Shown here: piece after piece, positions 56,138-64,000 of the stretch | Layout of the letters: each line of letters starts with the position of its first letter | Numbering within the stretch: position 1 is the stretch's first letter | Origin: Eledone cirrhosa | Taxonomy: Eukaryota | Length of the DNA: 64,000 nucleotides | Assembly: GCA_964016885.1 (NCBI GenBank) | Contig: OZ024740.1 | Coordinates: forward strand, 55,552,001-55,616,000 | Direction of reading: 5' to 3' | Notes under the pieces: model-generated | Databases searched by the model: none | What the model was told of the DNA's origin: nothing | The model's input: only the letters and a program-made list of their open reading frames with translations | Made by a program: the position numbers and the translations under genes

Positions 56138-57690
56138 TCACCCATCGCTAGCCTCCTTCACTGTGTTTATCACCAGAGCTATATTGTCGGCAGATTCAGT
56201 ATCTAATATCTTTTTAACCTTATCGCTTCTGCTCTGAGACGGTGTTACAGGAAAGCCCGAGTCCTGGTGTTTCTCTAGTCCAAGGCGCATACAATATTCC
56301 ACTGCGTCGAGGAAAAAGTAGGGCGCCAATGTATCTCCCTAGAGCACTCCAGCTCGTATCTCAAAGAACTCCGTCATCCTGTCAGGTGTAATGACTTGCG
56401 TGTTAGTGTAGGTCCACTAACACAAGAGCCCAAGCCTGTAGGATCTTCATCGGGCATTCTCGGCCCACACAATCAGAAGCCTTCCTAAAGTCAATGAAAA
56501 CAATGACAGCAGGAAGCCTCTTTGCTCTAGCTCATTCAAAAATTCTCCTTAGCATCAGAATGTGATTGGTGGTTGATCTTCTCTCTCTGAAGCCGTTCTG
56601 TTTGTCCCTCAGCTTTTTCAGGTTGAATCCTGATACAAATCCTCCTGTTGAGAGTCTATGCCACAAGTGACGTCATTGAGAACTCCCTGTAATTGTTGGT
56701 GTTAGAGAGATCTCCCTTGTTTGCTACTGGGATGATGTTAATGATCCTCCACTGATCCAGGACAACTCCTTTCTCCAGTGCCTGGTTACCGATTTCCAGG
56801 ATGATATCATCAAAATCACACCTCTTCTTCACTCCTGAGGCCACTCCATCTTCTCCATGGTCCTTACCCTTCTCTTCTCTGGCAAAGGGTCCGTTCTCAA
56901 TGCCCACTTCCTCAAACACCTGTCTGATCTCCCCGGTGTTTTGGGCTGTGGAAGGTTAGGATCTAAAAAGGATCCATCTGATACGAACTCTCTCTCTCTC
57001 TCTTCTCTCTGTGATCTCGTTGATGACCATCCAGCTCTCTTTACACTTACACCTGTCAACCGCTCTCTCCACATTCCTGATCTTCTCTATTAGCACCTCC
57101 TCTCTGGCCTCAATGTAAGCGACATAGAGTTCTTCCTTCCTCACCTCCACATTCTCCTTCCTCTCCTCCATAGGATCAGCATAGAATTGGTCCTTGGGAG
57201 CTCTCGCGTGTTCTCTGACTGCACACACATTTGGCTCTGAAGAGATATTGGCTCTCCTCTTCCTCTCGCTCCTCAGCACCAGGGCCTCACTTGCTTCTGT
57301 CACTGCAGTGGTGAAGTTCCCGTACCTACTCCTCACACTCTCCTCAGTCCCTTCAATCTCTCTCTTCTCTGCCTCTCCACATATAGCACTGAACCTGTTC
57401 CTCACTTCTACGGTCTACCTCACTTGTAGCTTATCATTCTCGTTGAAACCTCCCCTATCATAGATTGATCTCCGGCCCTCACCCATAACATGGCGGTGAT
57501 CACTGTAATGTGTACTGAAATAATTGTATGGTTCTGTGTTCAGAAAACTATTCCACCACCGCTTCCACTCCAGAATGAAATCAATCTAGAAATTACTCAG
57601 GTGCACATCAGAGATATAGGTCTACATCTTCCCCGGATTCTTCCTAAGCTTTAGGTTGGTTGCCATCTGGTTTGCCTCCAGTAGGGTGAC
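56138..57690 (-). pseudogene. Second RTE-clade LINE fragment (end of AP endonuclease through RT)
   Basis: End of APE (DHR), WRIINIIPV..KGDLSNTNNYR, QNGFR..RST, IDFRKA, GVL*GDTLAPYFF, ADNIAL. Confidence 0.88.
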
Positions 57691-58231
57691 CAAATTAGTG
57701 AGGGAGATCATACCTGTCTCCCCGTAAGTTTTTCGGGTGATTATTCTAAGGAAACAAAAGGCTGACAGTCATCACAGACTATAGTCAAACTAAGGGAGAC
57801 AGTGATGTGAGTGCAGAGAATTTCTAAGAGGAAGTGTGTAGAACAGTCAACACCACAAGGTCTCACAATATCTTGCTTGTTATGAGTGACTTCAATGTAC
57901 ATTCCGAGTATGGAGAGCAGTGCAGCTCCTTGCAGCTACTTTAATAACAACACAAACAAAAATATATAATTTGTTTTTGAATTTGTTTTGCGAGATTTCT
58001 TATCTGAAAACATGTGTTGGAATGGATATTGTTATACTTTGGTAGGGTTACGTACCCAATAAAAACACAAGCATTTGTTGGTTTTCACTTCAATTTATTA
58101 TAATTTTCCGGTTGGATGGTTGGTTCCATAACCGGAAGTTTGTTTATATATTGCCAAAGCTCTTTACACATTCTGCGACCTCCTCAGTGAATAGGTTTTT
58201 ATTTTGTGTCACTCCTTTGTTCTGTCCTACA

Positions 58232-58273
<42 letters not shown>

Positions 58274-58383
58274 GCTTAGCTCTGTTTCTCGACCGTTATA
58301 TCGCGTGACTATCTCCCCCTCCGCCTTTTGGGATTCTTTCTCACGTCGTGTAGACGCGTTCTTGAGACTAGTAAAATGAGGTA

Positions 58384-58471
58384 TCCTCTTGATAAGTCGG
58401 CAGACCTCGCAAGGACTCTATATCTTTGATATATTGTTTTTGTTTATGCCACGAAACTACGTAGTCGAGGA
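58384..58471 (+). ncRNA. Type I hammerhead with U3:A8 core and long loop 2, in a ~400-bp TA-flanked island
   Basis: tcctc-TTGATAA-GTcGGCA...TGCCAC-GAAA-CTACGTAGTC-gagga; palindromic stem III ACTACGTAGT; cleavage predicted after C58466. Confidence 0.85.
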
Positions 58472-58705
58472 ATTTAGGAACAGCTTAGGTATGATACATT
58501 TTATTACTAATTATATCTAAATGTTTCTTCTCTCTTCATAATGTATTTTTAACTCTGATACTGGTTCAGTCTGGTTCAAACTGAATTGGTCTGTCCCAGT
58601 CATTCATTGAGCAACATCGGTGAAGTTGGCACCCTTAACTCACAGTTGGGTGCGGATGCATTCATGTATATATGTGTGTGTCCGCATGTATCTGTGTGTT
58701 TCTAA

Positions 58706-58748
<43 letters not shown>

Positions 58749-58912
58749 TATATATATATCCAGGGGGTGTAACTAGGAGTTACTGCAGGTTCACCCGGGA
58801 GAGCATTCGATGTTTAGGTTCACTTCTGTGATGAGGTGTAGAGCTATACAGAGTGTAATATATAGAAAGGATAAAAAGGACGATTGATTATTCCTTCATT
58901 GCATTTATTGAT

Positions 58913-58999
58913 AGGTGACGTGCGTTTCGCCACTGATCAGCTCAAGGTTCGTTCTATATCGATCCTACCCGACTCAATAATCGGCAGCTCGACGGACCC
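58913..58999 (-). ncRNA. Hammerhead-like motif with long stem II insertion in the PLE4 inverted pLTR
   Basis: gggt-CCGTCGA-GCTGC...GTGGC-GAAA-CGCACGTC-acct; the core deviates from consensus at U4 and A6. Confidence 0.5.
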
Positions 59000-59821
59000 T
59001 CTTAAAATGCTATAAGAAAATGAAATACATGCTATATACATGAAATACATGCTATGACAAAATGAGTTGTTTTGATTGGTGGGAAGGATCAAGGCGATGT
59101 ACTGGCCTGTAGTGTATATGGCGGTGGGTGTGATGGTGAGATGTTGGTGACGTGGGTGGATGAGATGGGCTGTGGTGTGGTGGTGGCGGGTTGGCCTTGG
59201 CGTGTAGAGTATGTGTGGGTGGATGTGATGATATGGTGGTGGTTATGGTTGCTTAGTGGGATGGGCTGTGGTATGAGGTTAGTGGATTGTCAGTAGACGG
59301 GTTGGCGTGTGTGTGGGGGTATGATATTGGTGCCGTTGTCTATGGTAGCGGCGTTTGTGGTGGTGTGGTGGATGTATTGGTGGCGTCAAGGTCCTTACCT
59401 AGATACATAGCTAGACGCTCTTCGTCTGACAGATACTTTGTATATACGTATACGCACACACATATATGTATATATGTGCACACATATTGTTGTATAAACA
59501 CACACACCACAAAACACATACGCACATCCTTGCCCACACATATCGACACACGCTCACACACAGCCATATGTATATGTACACACATGTATGTGCATGCGCG
59601 CATGCGAGCACGAATATGGACATGGGGGAGTATCAGTGAAGGTGGCGAACGACAGAGATGGGGGAAGGTGAGAGGGAATGTAGAAGGTGTTTTATACACA
59701 TACATATACCCATACACACATATGGGTATGAGTACATGGACTCACACTCACGTATACAAAATATACACATACACACTCACACACACGTATACTCACACTT
59801 ATATATATATATATATACATC

Positions 59822-59852
<31 letters not shown>

Positions 59853-61172
59853 GTGTACAGACAACACACACATACACGCACATGTACACATACTTGCAGA
59901 TACATGAGCTCACCTACACATACAGTCAGCTTCACCCATATACATATATGTAGACGTACACATATACACACATACATACACATACATATACACACACACA
60001 TACACATACGCATACACATACACATATATATACACAGATATATATATACACACACATACACATGTGTATACACATGCGTTCACATACACACACACACATA
60101 CATATAACTATGCGTACACGCACGCACACTTATACGCCCGTGTGTGTAAACATACTTACACACAGACACACACACTATTATTGGTTGGGGAGTGGAGGTA
60201 TGTGTTGTCGGTGTTGATGAAGTATGGAGTTGTGTTTTGAGGTGGTGGTGGTGGAGTTGTGAGGGATAAAAATATATATATCGGATCGAATACCGGTTAA
60301 AATGTGACATGGGGAACGCGGGGGAGAAGCGTTTATGGACGTACGGCGGTGTGTGTTGTGGACGTGGTGATAGTGGTGGTGCTGGGGTGATATGTTCGAC
60401 AAGATGATTACACAATCAGAGGTTACGGTGTGTTATAGGGTAAGGCAGACGAATGCGGGGGGTATATAATACAGTCGATCTGGGAGCGAGGGGTGATATG
60501 TGTTGATGATGTTAATGATAATGATTGTTGAAGTATTTGGATGTATCTAGTGGTGGCGGTGGTTGTGTGTGCGTGCGACAGTACAATTACAGGGTCGAAT
60601 TTAGCGTGGGGTTGTAGGTTAGGGTAGACAGAGGGAACATGGGGGGATGAAGTTTTAGGTATGTATGGTAGAAATATGACGATGCGTGGTGTGGTGGTGG
60701 TGGCGATGGTGTGATATGATCAACATTGTATTTACAAGATCCCTTATCATTGTGGATTGCAAGGTAAAACCTATCATAGGAGACCGATCTAATACGATGT
60801 TGCAACGATGAGGTGTGTATGTTGATGTGAATTTTGGTGGTGGTGATGGTGATGTGTGCGGCATGATATACAAATGCGGGCTTAGAAATGGTTACATGGA
60901 GTACAATACAGTAAGTTCATTGAGATGGGCGATGGTGAGACGGGGTATAGGTGGTTATTAATATGGTGTGTCATGGTTAGTGTGATTTTTGGTGTGGGTT
61001 ATGTATGCGGCATGATATACAAAATACGGGCTTACACTCTGTATAACTCTATACCTCATCACAGAAGTGAACCTAAACATCGAGTGCTCTCCCGGGTGAA
61101 CCTGAAGTAACTCCTAGTTACACCCCCTGGATATTTAGCTCGTTTCTTTGTCGAGCGCTTACATGGAACACC

Positions 61173-63750
61173 ATGGAATTGTTCCACAACACTTCCTCCC
61201 TAAAGGACATTCCTATAACTTCGGAAGATGTCTACATGGACCTATTACTAAAGCAGACTAACAATTTCCTCAGGAGGATCCGTTGGAGGGCCTACCATTA
61301 CAACAACAGGAGGGCCCCTGGATCAATTGACAATTCCACCAACCACATAAAAAGACTTTTCAAATCAACGAAAAACCCATCGCACAACCCACTCCTTGAG
61401 GAGTTTGAGAGCAGGATCATTACCATGATCCGGACAATTAGATTCAGGAAACCACCGCGAAACCCTGACAGAAGTGCATTCCTGTCCGGGATCGCCTCAA
61501 CCTTAAAAAAGATCAAGAATAGCACTGTAATTATCGTACCAGCGGGTAAAACAGGAAACCTATATACTTTAGAGTACAAAACCTACAACAAATGCATTAC
61601 AAACGAAATCTATAAAATATACAAAACATCAACACGAGAAAACCTAGCACACATAAACAAACAGGCGAAAACAATAATGACCGAACTGAGTATTGACGAC
61701 AGGACCTTTCCATACAACCCTAGGACACCGAGACTATCCATTAAAGACCATAACGCGGACTTCCAGTCAAAACTACCGGTTAGGCTCATAGCCCCTTCCA
61801 AATCGGACCTTGGTAGACTTAGCAAATCAATCATTGACCGAATTTTACCTAAACTTAAGATTAGAACTAAACTCAGCTTATGGTCCTGTACAAAGGAGGT
61901 AATAGACTCGTTTTGTGCCATTGAAACTAAGTCGAATGTTCGATTAGTCCAATTGGACATTACGAACTACTACGCATCTATATCCCCAATCATCCTTAAC
62001 ACGGCACTGATCTCAGCCATGAACAGATCAAGCCTCACTAGAAGAGAAGTAGACATAATAATAACAGCTAGAAAAACTTTACTAGAATTCGACGGAAGAC
62101 TATGGGAACGACAGAATAGACCAGATAGCTTCGACATCACCATGGGATCGACTGACTCTGCACAGGTTACAGATGTAGTAGGCATATACCTCCTAAACGT
62201 ATTAACAGACGAGATCCCCTCCTTGGGTGGTGGCTTATACCGGGATGATGCCCTACTATTGACTCGTGGACTTAATAACAGCCAATTAAATAGAATACAC
62301 AAACGACTTAGGTACATCTTTAAGACTCAAGGTTTAGCAGTAGAAATTGAACCTTACAATAGGACAGTTCACTTTTTAGACGTCACCCTAGAATTAGACT
62401 CAGGCCTCTACCGTCCATACCACAAACCTAATGAAAATCTTAGATACGTCAATAGAAACTCCAACCACCCTAGGAGCATAATTAACTCTATAGTTAAAAG
62501 CGTCTCCAACAGAGTGTCCACACTGTCGGCTAATGAAAACATCTTCAAGCAGCACGCGGAATACTACAACTCCGCACTTATAAACGCTGGTTATACTGAG
62601 AAGATTTCTTACATCGACCCAAATAGAACCGTAACACCGCTAAACATAGCAGGACCCTTAGAAACGAACTTGGAAGAAACCTCCACACCTAGGACACACA
62701 ATAACCTTAGACGATCCCTAGCCGGCAGCGCAGACAGCACCACACATAACTGTCTAGGAGATAAAGCCATACTCTCCAGCCCCAATAACAACTCCGTCTA
62801 TCGCACACGTTTGCGTACCAATAGAGACAAGGGACATAACGCCAATAGATTACCTGGAACCTATATGAAACATACGCCTGACCAAAACACATACAAACTA
62901 CCACCCAACCACAAAAACCTCACTAAACAACGCATAAAACGAAGTAGACCTGTCACGTGGTATAACCCCCCCCCCCCCCAATTCTATACACGTCGCCACT
63001 AACATACCGGGAACCTTTTTCAGGGCTCTCGAACAATGTTTTCCACACACACACAAATACCACAAGTTCTTCAATAGACACACCGTAAAATTCTCTTTCT
63101 CCACAGCACCAAACCTAGGCCACACAATAGCACACACTAATAGGGCAAAAATACGAAAACACATGGTTTCCCCTCAACAAACCACCACCAAAACCCAGAA
63201 TGAAACCACACACACAACACAACACAACAACCCACACACCACACCCACACCGCATGACACCAACCGCCATCGTTCCACCACACCGGTTACACCCAAATGC
63301 AACTGCAAAAAACGAGCCGAATGCCCACTAAACGGGGAGTGCCTCGTTAAGAATATTGTTTACCGGTGTGATGTCACAGCCAGCAATAAGGAGTACTCAT
63401 ATATAGGTGCGACATCCACTACGTTTAAGGAGCGCTTGTATAACCACAGAAGCTCCTTCAAACATAGATTGAAACGACCCCAAACAAAACTGGCTGACTT
63501 GATCTGGGACTTCAAGGACAGAAATATTGAACCCCAGATTTCGTGGTCAGTAAAAAGACGCGTGGCATATATCCCCAGTGACAGAAACCACTGCAGATTA
63601 TGCCTGGCTAAGGCGGTGGAAAAAATTAAATTAAATTCCGCCATAAACTATAGGTCGGACATAATTGTCAATTGCAGACATACTAGGATGAACACCTTTT
63701 CTGCACAAACATTCGAGGGAGGGCCACGCACTAATCATGACCCACCATAA
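61173..63750 (+). CDS. Penelope/Naiad RT plus GIY-YIG endonuclease, with a single +1 frameshift in a C14 run (62966-62979)
   Basis: 609-aa ORF with SLKDIP, RLIAPSKSDLG, DITNYY, MGSTDSAQVTD, GLYRDD, FLDVTL and SNHP. After the C-run the +1 frame reads NSIHVATNI..FNRHTVKFSFS into CNCKKRAECPLNGEC, IVY..YIG, CRLC, CRH. Confidence 0.93.
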
Positions 63751-64000
63751 TAATAACCACATCTGCCTCGTATCACCATCGCCCATCTCAACGAATTTTA
63801 ATTCTAATCTTACTTTACTTTATCTTATTTTATTATATTGCATTTAACCATATGTAAGCCCGTATTTTGTATATCATGCCGCATACATAACCCGCACCAA
63901 AAATCACACTAACCATGGCACACCATATTAATAACCACCTATACTCTGTCTCACCATCGCCCATCTCAATGAACTTATTGTATTGTACTCCATGTAACCA

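Larger units (their letters stand above)
58755..64000 (+). mobile_element. PLE4: apparently full-length Naiad-like Penelope element with a ~2.3-kb inverted pLTR (runs off the window)
   Basis: 58755-58858 mirrors 61032-61134; ~60889-61036 mirrors 63853-64000; (TA)n at the left flank. Confidence 0.92.

Noticed and set aside
58088-58192. Minus-strand CTGAGGA...GGAAAATTATATAAATTGAA
   Set aside because: The registers of stem I, stem III and the NUH site cannot be satisfied together; possibly decayed.
61173-63750. Selenocysteine (in-frame UGA) recoding, as reported for some Naiad elements
   Set aside because: The conserved Cys positions use ordinary Cys codons in PLE3 and PLE4 (one Ser in PLE2); no in-frame TGA was seen at those sites.

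Overview
AT-rich, microsatellite-dense animal DNA. The tRNA-derived SINE family and repeat landscape resemble octopus/coleoid cephalopod genomes (inferred, not proven). I found no convincing host exon; nearly all ORF-track entries are microsatellite artefacts. The window is dominated by Penelope-like retroelements (PLEs) inserted in (TA)n tracts: one Neptune-like copy (10.1-16.0 kb) and three Naiad-like copies with a CxCx5Cx5C linker (16.4-20.3 kb, 46.5-50.4 kb, and a near-intact one at 58.8-64 kb). Each is folded back on itself by a long inverted pLTR. Reading by hand, I found type I hammerhead ribozyme (HHR) motifs in about nine sequence families. These include two ORF-less tandem arrays with one HHR per monomer (438 nt and 540 nt), which look like retrozymes that could make circular RNA; U3:A8 covariant cores; long stem II insertions; and insertion ends that fall next to predicted self-cleavage sites. 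Also present are RTE LINE fragments, RTE-derived non-autonomous elements, a deleted mariner with intact TIRs, and SINEs. Ribozyme activity and family names are predictions from motifs only; element boundaries are approximate.
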